Source of the DNA: Phoronis australis
Taxonomy: Eukaryota > Animalia > Phoronida
Direction of reading: 5' to 3'
Length of the DNA: 64,000 bases
Assembly: GCA_002633005.1 (NCBI GenBank)
Contig: NMRA01000001.1
Location: 1,814,952 to 1,878,951 of the forward strand
Of this stretch, positions 12,301 through 25,672 are shown one piece after another. Position numbers and translations under genes: made by a program. Within the stretch, counting starts at the first letter, position 1. Each line of letters opens with the position of its first letter. A model generated the notes under the pieces. That model had not been told where the DNA came from, made no database searches, and saw only the letters and a program-made list of their open reading frames with translations.

Positions 12301-15300
12301 CAATTTGGCAACCTGCAGCTTGTCAATGTGACCTTCGATTCTATTTGGCGACTGGTAAACCTATTAAAAATTCAAAAATGCCACAAATTTTCGAGATTTT
12401 TTAAATTAATTCGCAACCAAACCAAGAGAAGTCTACTCCCTCCTCTGGTTTAGGAAAGAGCTCAGTGGGAATCTGTATACCATCTATTCCTATTTTCCTG
12501 TTCAACCAAAAAATAAAAAGCGCTCCTTGAGTTTCGCCATACTTCCAGATGTCCTGCTTCTTTAATTCAGTTGTCTCGTTTTTTTCATTTTTGAATGTTG
12601 GCATCAGTTGGTCGTGTGTGAAGGTCATGCAGGATTTTCGCACCACTGGATTGCATGCGGGGTTTTCTAAATGTTTGGCATGCTCATTTCCAATTTGGCT
12701 ACCTGAAAATTTTGCCAGGTCGCATTTGGTGAGTTAAGATGCTAAGCGTCGGGTCCTGTCTCTTCATGTGTGGGGTGAAGGCCTTACAAGCAGAGTACAT
12801 ATTGTATACTTCAAGGATGTTGATGATTGTATTGGTTTGTCACATATTAGGTGATGCTGGTATCATACTGCCGCTTGAGTTTCTCCCAAAGCCTAGCACA
12901 TTTTATTTGATCAGGAGTAGCGTTGAACCTATTCTTCCCGATGCTGATCTACGGAACAAGTTTTCATGTGAGAAATCGACGTATCATTCAACAGTTGGAT
13001 GATGACTGAGAGATTATCAGGAGCATTGGTTGGATGTCGGTATCAAAAACCACTAATTAGTGCACTGTCTGTCAAAGTTAAATGTCCTGTCAATTTCTCA
13101 ATCGTATGATAGCGACAGATCATCGGGTGATCGTTGTTTACTACTGGCTGCCACTTGAGTGATTATCTACAGATTGTCAGCGGATTTTAATGAAGTTGGC
13201 TGACATAAACAAAACCGTTACATATACTAGTCTGATGTCCCACGACAATTGGGCCGTCTCTGATTACACTTCAACCCTCGAATCTCCCTGTATTTACCCA
13301 CAATGCCGCGATGTCCGTCGAGCACTTTAGTAACCTCACAGGAATTCTTTGTTGTTGTCGCATTCTTGACAGATGTTTTTCGGCTGCATAACTCTATTCG
13401 TCCATCCAATGCCTATAGAGTATTACCGCTGTGCTGTGGGCTGCAGCTCCACTAGCAGAAAGTTGGATAAACTCGACAAATGCCGGTGGATGCGTAATGT
13501 TAAGACAGTTCATCATCTTCCAGTCATCAATTGAAGACAAGGAAATGTGGAGCTTAAGTGGATAAAGCAAGTTCGTCAGGTTAATTTTAAACCAAACAAT
13601 GCCGTTTCTAGAAGGTACTTTTGAAAGGTTGAAATCAGGGATATTCCACGACATGACCTGTTAAAATGTGCCTGACATTCCAAAACGAGGTACTTTTACC
13701 TCCAGGACAAAGAGTTCTAGTGTTGTGTAATTCGAGATGGTCCTATTGTGATTGCATGGGCTAGTTGTCCGACGTCAGACGACGGTGACTCGATGGTAGT
13801 TGACTCTCACTAGATTACCTGCAGGTGATTCTAGAATTACCACAAAAATTTTGTCCAACATCATGAAAAATTACAACTTTGACCGATGATGCAACGATTG
13901 CTGATCTTTTACAATGACAACCTGACCATTTTTTGGCCTTAAACTCACATTAAACTGACATAAAAAATTTACATGACCTAGGCATTACTGTGGTATATAT
14001 GCTAATATATCGGTAATAGCAGTGTCCTAATATTGTTTAAGTGTTGTTATCAAGTTGTCTCCTTGACAACATGCTGTTGACTTTTCTGCAGGAACTACCA
14101 CATACGCTGCACTATCCAGATGGTTTTCAGCCAGGTACTTGCATTTACATCAATGGTTACCCAAAGGAGGACGCCAAGAGGTATGTTTATGCGTTCATGT
14201 CTTGTTTAAAGCCTATCTTTGTACATGTGGTTTCTACAGTATGTTAAGAACATCGCTTTGAGCCCACTAGTGCCATAAACAGCCAAATGCAACGAACTGT
14301 TAGACGTATAGGCTTGCGTTTGTCTACGTCACTGCGAGAATCACCTTTTAATTCAAATTCGAATAACACGTACCGCACGCAATTGTGTTCTATTCAGACC
14401 CCTGTTACACTCTTTCGTTGTTTGTGGTGGGATCTTGCGGTGATGCAACATGGCACGAAAAGGCAGCCTCCTATCATTTGACTGGCTTACATTTACGTGA
14501 TTGAACTCGCGTTTTCATATTTTACTAAGGCTTTGCTAGGACTATCTGGTTAGTCCAATACATCTAAAATAAAATTCCGTTGAAGTTTGGCTTTAAGGTA
14601 ACTTAGTTTGGCAACTTCTCGTTTTTCGCACTATCGTGCCCTTCCTAAATACTTGTCAACCGCATATCCAGTGTTTGTAGTGTCTTAAATTATTCCTGTC
14701 TTGCTATTTTGTTTTGCATAAGGAAATCTCAGATCATGAATTTCTTTCAGAATGATGTTCTATTCAACAAGATATAATAAATTCATGTGTTCTTTTAACA
14801 TTATTAGAATGCAGTATTTATATTTGTCACGTTGCTTCCAGCATAAATTCATGAAATAAAAGTTGAAATTAATACACAAATACTCAGGAAATTACTATAA
14901 CATTTGCTAAGTTGTGTAAGTTTGTTCTGCCTACTGTAGAAATGAACGTATCTTTATCAGAATTGATTACGGTATACCAAATACAAGTCCTATACAACTC
15001 TGAGTTTGTCACTGATGCACTCTGGGCGCTGGACTTCACTAGAGACTAAACTGTAAATTAGCCAATCGCATATGGCCCCACTATGAGTCAACTTTCAGAT
15101 TTCATGTGATGTGATTGGCCAATTCTCGAGTTTGGACTCGAGGAAAGTTTTTTTGTAACGGTCCCCGGTGCGGATGTGTTGCATCAATGTCATCTTTCTT
15201 TGTCTTTTAGCTTTCACGTGACATTCCAAACAGAGGGTGACTTGCCGCATACGACAGTCGGACTGCAGATGCGTCCTATGTTTCTGAAGGAAGACAAGTT

Positions 15301-18300
15301 TAACTCTAGTAGTCACGTGCTGTGTAATAGCTTTGTGCAGGGGCAATGGGGGGAGGAGCTACGCTGCTGTGATGCCAAGCTCAGCTTGTTCCCGTTCACT
15401 CCAGGCAAGCAGTTTCTCGTGAGGATTGTTATCAAGGATGAATGTTACCAGGTATGTCATGTCTCGCACGGTTTCGTTCTACACAACAGTATCAAATGTG
15501 ATCAATCTAATTAAAAAACCATAGTTGTCGAGTGTAGACGAGAGCTTCAATATTGAAGCTGTTGTTTACAAAATGATTTTAAAAATTTATCTTCAGTTAA
15601 GGAAACATTTGACGATCTGAATAGGCAAAAAAGAGGAAAGAACAATTTATTTATATAAAATTGTATTTCATAATGTATCTGTGTGCTGATTAATTTCCCA
15701 GTGTTGTTTTTGTTTGTATTTGATTTCCCATTTGTACATTTTATTTGTTCTGATAATTCTATTTGTGTAACATGTAGACATTGCTTGCATCTTCCTTGCT
15801 ACAGGTTACGGTGGATGGAAACTACGCTTTGCTGTTTCCTCACAGAGTTGATCCCAAAGAAATAACACACGTTCGGCTGGATGGCGATGCTTCATTTCAA
15901 ACGTTAGAAGTCACAGACGAATTAGTATGTTTATTCTATATTCTCTAGAGTGGTTAAAATCGATTACCCACAGGCTCTGTCTGTGCCGTTCAATCAGTCT
16001 CAAGTGTATGTGCCAACTACTAGTTCAACGGATGGCGGTTGTAGTGCATCTGATGATTTGTTGACCGATTAGTTTTTTATTCAGTTTGATATCTCCTTGA
16101 TTCGGTTATTTTTTGTTGTTTTGTAATATAATATTTCAAAACTTGGCTATTTTTTCCTGCCAGCCGTAATTAACATTAAATGCCATATGAGAAATACTTA
16201 ACTTGGGAGTGACAACTTAAACTGATTTCGATACTCAAGTTTGTGTAGATGATAATTCAAGTACCCGGGAAGTAACTAAAAACATCCAAGGAGTATGTAA
16301 AAGCACAGTACATATCAGGGGCAGATCCAGGATTTGAGTTAGGGGGGCCAGTGCAGAGTATTTGCCAGGATTTTGCCCGTCAGACATTCGCACCCCGAAC
16401 TGCCAAATGGAATCTGGCAGAATTTTTTTTGGGGGGGCCATGGCCCCCTTAAATACACCACTGCGTATATGGATTTGTGTAAAAGTTTGTGGTACTACTC
16501 AAGTCTGTTTTCATTGTTTTCCTAGTCTGCTAGATTTCACCTTATTCAAGTCAAATTACAGCCCTAGTACATAATGAGTGACACGACTTTAAAGCCCCTT
16601 GTTTTGTATCCTGTTTTTGGTGGAACACTTTGGTTTTTATTTCTTTCTGACTTGCCTAGTAACTAGTAATGGTCACAATAACATGTGATAAAACCATGAA
16701 CCCAGTGGAGTTCATTGATGGCTTCAACCGGAAGACTCAGCAAACTAATAAAGACTTATAAGACTCATTCCAGTTTGAAGTTTCTGATTTCATTTTGATC
16801 TAATTAGTACTGCTGAGACTTGAATCGTTTCATTTTACTATTTTCTTTATTCCCATTCAATGTTTGGTGGTCATTAGTGTGAATTATGTTTCCCAGGAGC
16901 TTCCATACTTCGTTAAGATACCTCGTGGGATGCACATAGGCAAGACCATTTGGATTGAGGCTGAACCTGAACCAGATGCTAAGAGGTTTGATTATAATTA
17001 CGTTGAGTACTGGTAGCTAGTAGTTATGATGTAACAGCATTTTCCATAGTGTTATATGCCTTCAGTTTGAAAAATGGTTGGTTAAGTAGTAATTTCCCGA
17101 TACATCTTATTGACTGAAATGTCTCCCTTTTTAAAGCTTTGTGCAGTGCTTTCTTTGAAAATGTCCGTTTTGACTCAGATTTTCAGACGGAACACTTTGT
17201 TTTAGGTTTTTCAGGCGCCCACATATGTATGTATGTGTGTGAGTGCATTAATCAATATGCCGACAGCATCTCCGAACTTCTTTGATGGATGTCCTTGAAA
17301 TTTTGCAGACATGTTCCTATTTTTAATAGAATGACAGGAGCAAATTTTCAGGATGGATTCGACTCTTTTGTTCAAGTAATGTTACACAGTTTCTTCTCTT
17401 CCATGCGCTTAAAATTACTAAAATTGAAATTTGTATTTCACTACAGCAAAATTTCACATCTTCAGTATGCATATGAGAGAATATTGAAATTTTTTTCTTA
17501 TTTTTAGTTTTGATTTTCGCACTGTAGCTACCACCACACATTTCGAAAAATTCTGTGTATTCACTTCCTCCGAAGACGAGATAGACAATTTTGGCAATTA
17601 TTTTTGTCTGAAAAACCGATGCTAGTTTTTACCATAGGATAAATGGTTCGTTGCAGGTTTCACGTTAGTTTCCAATGCCCAGCTTACTCAGACATTGCCA
17701 TACCATTCCGAATGAAGATTCTGCTTGGTGATGGGGAGCAGCGCGTTGTGTGCTCTTCTTATTGCAAGGGAGCGTGGGACGAACGGGAGTACTCGGCCAG
17801 CACTACCCCATTTGAAACTAACGAGAAGTTCCTCATGAAAATAACAGTCGGCGATGACAGTTTTAAGGTATTTCATAATCAACGCAATGCTCTTTGCTTG
17901 TTTGCCTCACAGTCAGATTTTTAACAAGGTATTTTTAAAAGTAAATTTAGCTTCTCTGAGCAAAAAAAAAACTGTATCCACACTGGTAAAAACACAGGAT
18001 GTTAGATTTTTTGGAAAATAAAACGGATAATTATTTGTTTCCCTTCCAGAAATTTGTAGCTGGGAACATTCGGGTTCTTTGTTTTGCTAGATTACTTCTC
18101 AGATTTTCATTGCTAAGGTCTGGGACCATTGGAAAAAGTCAAGAGGGTGCCAGAAATTGGAACTTCTAATAGCGATGCTGGTCAAGTTAGAAATGTGGTC
18201 ATTCCATTGACTTTCTAATTCCAAATACATTACAACTTTATTGCAACTATTAAGGAGGAAATGTATGTGATTTCTGTGTCTTTTGTTTGCAATTTACATT

Positions 18301-19457
18301 ACATATGTTGTTTGTTGGATTAAACTAGTTAACATTTCTACCGACAATAATTCTATGCTGAGAATTATGCAGTTTTCACAGACGTTTTTCAGTTTGTTGT
18401 TACTAAATGTCTGACTCTTCGCTAGATTTCGTAACATGAACGTACATTGCTGCAAGAGTGGGTTTGAAATAACTAATGTCTATTACTGTTTCTTCAAGGT
18501 GATGGTTAACGGATTATCATTTGCCGAGTATCCCATAGTTCTTCCAATCCACCATGTGACACATATGGAAATTGACGGGGACATCTCACTCTTCAGTGTC
18601 AATTTCCACGACAAGAGGGTATGTACATCCAGCTTCTACATTGTAGGTACCCTGATTTTCCATGTTCTGAAACAAATCAGTTTCGGCAAAGATAAAATTC
18701 CGTTTTTACCATTTTGTAAATCAGCCTATTCCGAAACAATCTTTGATCACGAATTTGATGGATTATATTCTTAATTTTCAGAAATTATGAATGAAAGCTA
18801 TTAGAACAGTGGTATCTACTACTGAAACATGTGAAATTCTTTGAAGCCTTTTTTGTTCTATGAAAGAAGTCCAATTCTGTAAAGTATGTCCGTTTCCCAT
18901 TATCGTAGAAAGTCAGGGTCCCTAATGTTATGTATATTTTGTGGTGGAGATTAAGGTATCTGACAGGCTTTCTTACCAAAGGCCATCTTTATATTTTAAA
19001 TGTTAATTTTCAACCCATGAAACATTTTTAAACATTACAAAAACCCAACTTCCACAAGACTTTCAAACTCTCCAAGTCTCAGTTATATTATTGACCATTG
19101 TCAGGTTCTCAATTAAACAATCACAATTTAAGAGCAAAGAAAGTCATTTAAGTGCAAATATCTGCGCATTATTATTGGGAATGACATCTTTCCGTGATCA
19201 TCAAAGATTTTAAAAATACATGATCTCATGGGTTGAAAATTGATATTCCAGAGCAGGGTACTTTTAGAATTGCATTCTTTGTTATGAAGGTAAGCATTTA
19301 CCTTAAAATACATTTTAGTTTGTTATTGCTCTTTGCAATTTGCTTCCTTGAAATCTCTTACTATTAAACTTCTAACAACACTGGAATGTGACTAATACTT
19401 TTTTCTGATGACTCATATCCTAACATTCAGATTGTTGGCATGCTACTAAGTACATAA
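310..19457 (+). CDS. Atypical tandem-repeat galectin-like protein (acidic N-terminal region + 2 galectin CRDs); 5'-partial, terminal exon uncertain
   Basis: Phase-compatible GT-AG exons: 310-391, (771-788 microexon), 4644-4740, 5920-6092, CRD1 14092-14180/15211-15451/15805-15924, CRD2 16897-16985/17657-17867/18499-18618, candidate last exon 19431-19457. Galectin-fold motifs: ELPHTLHYPDGFQPGTCIYING, VLCNSFVQGQWGEELR, FPFTPGKQF, FPHRV..ITHVRLDGD; ELPYFVKIPRGMHIGKTIWI, DIAIPF, VTHMEIDGDI. CRD exons are confident; joining the upstream exons is inferred from phase. Confidence 0.8.
771..788 (+). CDS. Candidate 18-nt symmetric microexon (MAFLFD) of the galectin-like gene
   Basis: Polypyrimidine tract ttattctgtttctttgtttgcacgctacag, exon ATGGCATTTTTATTTGAT, consensus donor gtaagt; phase 0-0 matches flanking exons ending at 391 and starting at 4644. 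Confidence 0.55.
830..955 (+). repeat. Minisatellite, 3 x ~40 bp
   Basis: Unit ttttggttgaaatcgggtgcaag(g/a)tggtgctgtggtagcca. Confidence 0.9.
2069..2153. other. Assembly gap (85 N)
   Basis: Run of N. Confidence 1.
4322..4394. repeat. 73-nt hairpin (32-bp stem, 9-nt loop)
   Basis: gattaaaaactggacgattgccgcacaaataa / ttatttgtgcggcgatcatccggtttttaatc. Confidence 0.85.
6092..6222 (+). repeat. Tandem duplication (2 x ~64 bp) that includes a splice donor
   Basis: ggtaagagaaacattgataaatatg...cactgatatacatag occurs twice. Confidence 0.9.
8143..8378. mobile_element. MITE with imperfect TIRs
   Basis: ggcctgttccaagaaa / tttctgggaacaagcc. Confidence 0.55.
16317..16463. mobile_element. hAT-like MITE remnant
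   Basis: caggggcagatccaggattt...gggggggccatggccccc...accactg, typical CAG...CTG ends with G-runs. Confidence 0.55.
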
Positions 19458-21966
19458 GTTTGGAGGCATATTTCCTCCTTGTTTGGCCACTCTTTTATTG
19501 CCCTGAAGGGGGAGTCCTAAGCTCCTCCCGAGGAGGAGTAGTCGTGAATTAAGCCACTCCTGTTTTCGTCCCACCTCCTAGCAAAGATCCTGATATTAGC
19601 AATAAGACAGGGGAAGTATGATGTGACAGACAACCAGTAACTGCGTGTTTTAACCTTGTACACTTTTTGTACATTTCAGTACCCTGCTTGTTCTTTTTAC
19701 CTTGTGTTCTACCACTGATTCCTAACCTGGGGGAGAGGGAAATCTTTAATTATTTGATTGATAGCACCAATGAAAAATTGAAGGTTACATATCTAACCTG
19801 AAGATGATGTGGAATGTATCAAAATATTGTTAATTATTGTGCAAATCAGTGGCACATTTATGCGTGTATGGTCAAAATCAAAACATTTACAACACCCTAG
19901 CACACTCGTCGGATATTCCGTAGTTCAGCTATGCTGGTTTATAGCAGTGGTGATCGAGGATACTCAGTGCATTGGTATATTTTCTACTAGTGCTCTTACA
20001 GTGGTGTTACACAACAACTGACAACATTGTATATCCTTCAACTTTAGATCCTAACTATGTTAAGAGTTATCATGACCCCATGAGGTAGGATCACTGCAGG
20101 TTTCTAATTATACATAAACCTTCTCACCAGACTGTGCACTGAAGTCTGCATGACACTCAATTTATAAGAAACTTATCATGGCACTTGTTGAAAAAACACT
20201 AAACATTCATATTGTAAAACTTGTTTTATCAAAACTCTCATGCCTCTTGAACTGGGACTTGTTCTCTAAAATTTTCATTTACCAAATTGTTGTGCTTATT
20301 AAGGGGTATCTCAATAGTCAAACCATTTCTTAAGTGACAAACCCAGCAGCCACTTATACTTACTGGATAGGACAGGGAAGACAACAATTTATCCTGTAAA
20401 TCCAAGCATTCAATGAGACCAGTCCTGTACATGGCTGAATACATGATACCAACTGTCGAACGCAGTCTGGTTATGTAGCAGGTGCCCCTTGCTTGACCCT
20501 TTATACAAAAGCTGAGACTTGCGCTCTACATTACAGAGCAAACGAAGGACTGGCAAAGCATTGCACCTGGCGGAAGGCTGCTGCTACTGGTGTTGCACAC
20601 TCTTATGAATTGGTGATGGTTCACTTTGATGGTGGCGGTTGGTGTCTAATGTGCGTTCCTCATTTGAATATCACGTAACCACTCTTTCCGTTAATGTGCC
20701 TGGAATAGTCTGTGTGTGGTCATGGGATACATTGTTTAGCAAAGTCAGTACCTGGGGTTTAGACAATGGAATATGTCTTCGCAGGTTTTCTTTTGACTTT
20801 TCGCTATGTGTTATGAATGTTGTCAGTAATTGGAGACATAAAGGCTATGTTTTGCAGAGGGAAACCAATCTGTTCAAAGAGGTTCGATTTTGTGCTAGTT
20901 GGTGGAAATTTCAGTGGTTAAATTTCCACATAGTGCTAATTAAGGTCAATTTGAAAACGAGTAAAGAATGTGAGCTGTTCTGAATTCTTATGTGAACTCC
21001 ATTCTGCTCTCTGGTTTTACGATGTTTAGGAATGGTACCTTGTTGTGGGTTCCATCCCAAAACATGAACCAAGTAAATGATTTTGAACGATTACGCTGGA
21101 GGGACTTTAAGCTACGGCCGTGTAAAGTTTCCTTTAAAAGTGGCAATATTATCTAATCACCGCATTTAGTTTCAAGGGATATGATTTTTGATTGTGACAA
21201 ACCACTGAGCTTGCAAATATTCATGTAACTAGTCTGCAGAGAATCAGAAACTATTGTTTTAATTTAAACTTAAAACTTAAGTCTCTTTTCGAAATACAAT
21301 CATGAATTTCCTCATGGAGTTCAGTGTGAGCCCATTTTAGACTTGTCTTTGCAAGGCTTGGTAATCCTACACTAACCAGCACATCCAGTGGAATCTAATA
21401 TGTTTAACATCTGTCCTAACTAACCTCTACAAAGTAACTGGTTTCTAAATACTGTTAGTATTGTGAGTTAATATTTTTGTTATGGTAATGTTTTCCAGAA
21501 TGGCAAGGCTTCCAAAGGGGGCTGCTGCAATATATGCGAGATTTTGTTTTGCTGTGCTGTCTGAAAATCGTTATCTCTGTAGTGTAATTTTATTCCCAAA
21601 CTATGTTAATGTAGTTATGAAGTTACTTGTCGTGTACATGGATTGACACTAGGTGGGGTCTGTTGGTTGTTTTGTTTGTACATGTCTTGCTATTACTACA
21701 TTGTGATGTAATTTTTTGTACGCAACTCATGGATTTGAGGTGAGGGATAATCATAATTGTAATTAATTTTTGCTCGTGGCGATTAAGATAGTGTACTTCC
21801 GTATTTTGTAAGAATTTTATATTGATTGTGCGTCACCTTTAATTTGTATTTGCTTTGTATTTGCTTTGTATTTGCTGGGCATTCCATGTTTGTGGTTGAT
21901 TGTCTGTTGCTCTCCCCATGATGTTTAATTATCAAAATGAAGGGAATCATATTTTTGTATGACCAG

Positions 21967-22318
21967 GAGTGCGTTCCATTTTGCTAGTAACTCGCGAGAT
22001 ACTTGCGGCATTAAATGTGGCTAATGGAACGAGTTTACTTGCAAATTCAGCATTTGAGCCTCTCTGTCCAATCACTTTAGTGGTGGCCATTTTGCTAGGC
22101 AGTAAGCTTTCGACCTTACTCGCAAAACGGTAGTAGTCACTTACAGGGTCCCACATTTTGAAAACTAGTTTTGTCCCCTGAATAACAGTCATCAATCTAA
22201 CTGGTCTCAAAATCCCATACCCATGTAAGTGACTATTGCCAGCAAATCACCTTTCACTGGCACAATTTTGCTTGATCTTGGCAAAATTCATTAGAAACTT
22301 ACACTATGGAACGCATCC
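21967..22318. mobile_element. PIF/Harbinger-like MITE with CAG target duplication
   Basis: gagtgcgttccat ... atggaacgcatcc, flanked by CAG on both sides. Confidence 0.7.
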
Positions 22319-23880
22319 CAGGTTTGTATTTAGAGGTACTGTATTATCTAAGGTGATTCTTATTGACTGACTAAGAATGCTTTCAAAATTTGCTGCTACT
22401 GTATATATAGTGAACGAGAAGCTAAATTGTGCTAGGATAGGTTGCTCTATTTTTTATCACTTAGTGAAACATGAATATGTTGAGGTCAAAGAGCCTATAC
22501 TGGTTGTTTTGTACCTAAAACAAGTAAACGATAAAACGGGTTAGCTTATGTAAAATAGTGCACTCACGGTATAAGACGTGGTTGTGAACAGTAGGTTTTG
22601 TCTGGGGAATGAAGGAGAGCTTTCAGCTGCAACAGTGAGTGTGTACGGTGTTACTTTTGTTATGTATGTTATCATTCACTTGTTTTGCACATTGATCTTA
22701 CTACAATTATCTCGGTTGTTAAATGTTGTAGTGGATATGACTTGTAGCTCTCTCAAACACTGTTTGAAATTAAATGTTCAAAACGTTTAAGAGCATCTGT
22801 GAATAGCACTGACCCGAAATAGCACATTACTAGTTTTTATTCTGCGGTGATTACCCACAATAAATGCTTCCACATTCCAGGCACTAATATGCCATCACGT
22901 TCATCAAAATTATTTTGACAATTTTTGCTCAAGTGCCAGTAAAAATTTAATGCTGCACAGTGAGTTGAAATGCTGAAACCAAAACATTCGAACAGCTTGG
23001 GATATTTGTGAGTGCTTGGTGTGTGGTTGTTTAGTTTTCTGACTCGGGTCAGTACTGTATTTGTGTCTGACATTGCAAAGAGCATCTATGCAATGCGATT
23101 CATCTCTGCGATAAGAGGAGCCAAATGCGTAATTAAATCACCCTTGTGCAATGGAATGAACAGTCGATCATTTTACATGTATGTGTTATTCTTTTCTTGG
23201 CATCTTCTTGGTTTGCAAAGATGAAGTGCTAGGAGTCGTTTTATCTAAGTCCTATGCCTGGTAGTAAAGATGGTTGCAGGCACGTTTTTGGAAAAGCAGT
23301 GCTATGTTTTGTAAGAGCAAAACATTGCTACTGATGTAAACGTGAGTACAGTTCACATTCAAACTTAACACTCACCTCCATAAACCACATTTATTGAATT
23401 GACCACGTGAGTTTCCAAACTTAGCAGAAAAGTGGCACAAAATCGCCATCTTGTTGTGTAAACTCTCTTGAAGTTCCTGCTTATGGAAAACCAGCACATC
23501 AAGGTCTCGCAAACCTCAAGCATATCCCCGCAATGAAGTATCAAGTTAGAACCCGGACACTATGGGAAGTGGTACAAAAGTCCACCTTTGTTCGCAGCTT
23601 GCAACAAAAATTCAAGACAACTGTCTGAGAGTTCAGGCATGCACCCTTGATAAAACGAGTTCCTGGAATATATATTTTTCAAGACCTTGCTCCTGTTTTG
23701 TAGTGTGTTGTATATATCTATATGTATATCTATACAAACATGTATATGTAAGTGATAATTATATTATTTGCATTTCAAAAGGGATTCTTATGAGTTAGTG
23801 ATGGTAGTAATGAAATTAATATTTGAGGAAGGTCTAATACAGAATCCTGTTGATTTGTCAAGCTTGCTGATATTCATCAC

Positions 23881-24590
23881 ATTTTTATGCGCCCACAATT
23901 ATGTGGGCGCATTATGCCGTCATCCCTGTCCGTCTGGCATCCAGCTTCCGCTGCTCTATCTCCAAAACTCTTTGATGTATGTTCATGAAATTTTGCATAT
24001 GTTCCTTTCATGTGTGGTACAGCATGAGCAAACTTTCTGACAGATCTGCCTGCAGGTGTGCCCCCTATTGGCAATTTTAGTTTATTACGTATTCTGCACC
24101 AACTTGTGGCCTTAATTATTTTTAGTCGTTTTTTTGCTTTCTGTATATCTGTCAAACCCCCAGAGGATCATTATGAAAATTGGCAGATATGTTTCTACTG
24201 ACAAGAACATGACTGACGTAATTTTCAAACGGGTCTAAATAATGTGGTGCTCCCAAGTGACATTTTTTCACATCTACGGTTGTCTTTCCTGAACTCCTTG
24301 CCATATCTTTTTGAAATTTTGCAGTTGTATACCTATTAACTTGACTGCTGATGGACGGATTTGACAACCGCTGTGGTTCCTATTGGCATTTTCTTTTATG
24401 TTTGCCTCCTCTGGAGTTCTATGATGAATTTCCATGAAAGTTGGCAAATAGGTTTGAGAGACGATACCTACCCATTTTTGGACGGTTTCAATTTATTCTT
24501 TGCCACCTGATACAAATAAACAACCCTAGAACCACACCGTTTGCAGTGCAGTCGTGGGCGCACTTCAATGCCCCACCTTACTCTTGTTGT
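23881..24590 (+). mobile_element. Helentron-associated non-autonomous element (HINE/DINE-like)
   Basis: 5' T-run; hairpin atgcgcccaca-atta-tgtgggcgcat (23887-23912); gtccgtc short repeat; ~4 degenerate internal repeats (tgaaattttgca core); 3' subterminal gtgggcgca (24554-24562). Confidence 0.65.
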
Positions 24591-25325
24591 GTATCTTGGT
24601 TTGTTGATTGCTCTTATTCTAGTTACCAATATCATGCTTTCCTCAACTGAAAATGCCAAAGTGTAGTGGCCCACAGGCCTTCAAGTAGTCTGTGTTGTCC
24701 TGGGGTACTTTTGTTTAGGAATTGAAGTTTGGTTGTAGAATTTACCAGCTTAGATTTCTTTCATATCTATTTTAAATTATTAAAAGTATAAGTAATGCAA
24801 AAAATGTGCCGATAGGGAAAGGTCAGCCAGCCAGCTAGCTGTATGAAGACTATCGTCAACGTATGTAGTGTACAGCTTTGTAGCAAGGCTAGAGAAAGGT
24901 ATGCACTTGTGTTTATAAAATTGTGACTTCTATTTGTATATACATGGATTTGAAGAGCTGTGGGATAATGAATTAGGCTAGTTTGTATTATATTTTTGCA
25001 TGTTTTACAATTATACTAACTCCCAGGTTGAGAAAATGAAAATTTTCTTTGTAAATTACATACGGTGGTGCTGTGATTCTTGCAATGTTGTCTTGCTGAC
25101 AGAGGATTGAAATGTGCAGGGTAGCATATGTTTGTCTTGTAAGGAAGGATCAAGGTATACTCTCATAAATAATGTTTTAATAATAAATTTTATATTTACC
25201 ATCTGTGTCAGTGTGTTGAGCAATTTCAAAACCATTTTAAACCCATCAGATCCCATCCCATTGCTGACTCAACTTAAAAATGCACAAGAATTTTTTAAGT
25301 ACCGACAGAAGTAGTTATTTTAAAA

Positions 25326-25333
25326 TATGTACA
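25326..25333 (-). promoter_or_regulatory. Pumilio-binding element (UGUACAUA) in the probable Speedy 3'UTR
   Basis: Plus-strand tatgtaca = minus-strand TGTACATA, matching UGUAHAUA. Confidence 0.5.
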
Positions 25334-25557
25334 ATCAATCAGGAATTGAGCCCGGAAAACAAAACATTTTGATGAGAAAAATAATTACATTACAGGCAAA
25401 GGGTCAAATGTGAAATATTTCCCACCAAACTGCAATAGCTGTTAACGATAGAGCGCAGACGTATGTAATTAATGTCTGTGTACTTTGTCATTGTCACCAA
25501 AGCTTAATAAATAGAGCGTCTTGTTTGAAAATTCACAAACTGCAACACAACTAACAT

Positions 25558-25672
25558 TATCACAGTCTTAGTCTATGCAACAAACAAACAACCTAACCAT
25601 AACTCAACATTATCACAGTTCACTAAGCTAAACAAACTGATATTTTCCAAACACAGTTCATGTTTATCACAG
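25558..25672 (-). promoter_or_regulatory. Three K-boxes (CTGTGATA, miR-2 family seed sites) in the Speedy 3'UTR
   Basis: Plus-strand tatcacag at 25558-25565, 25611-25618 and 25665-25672, all within 250 nt downstream of the Speedy stop. Confidence 0.65.
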
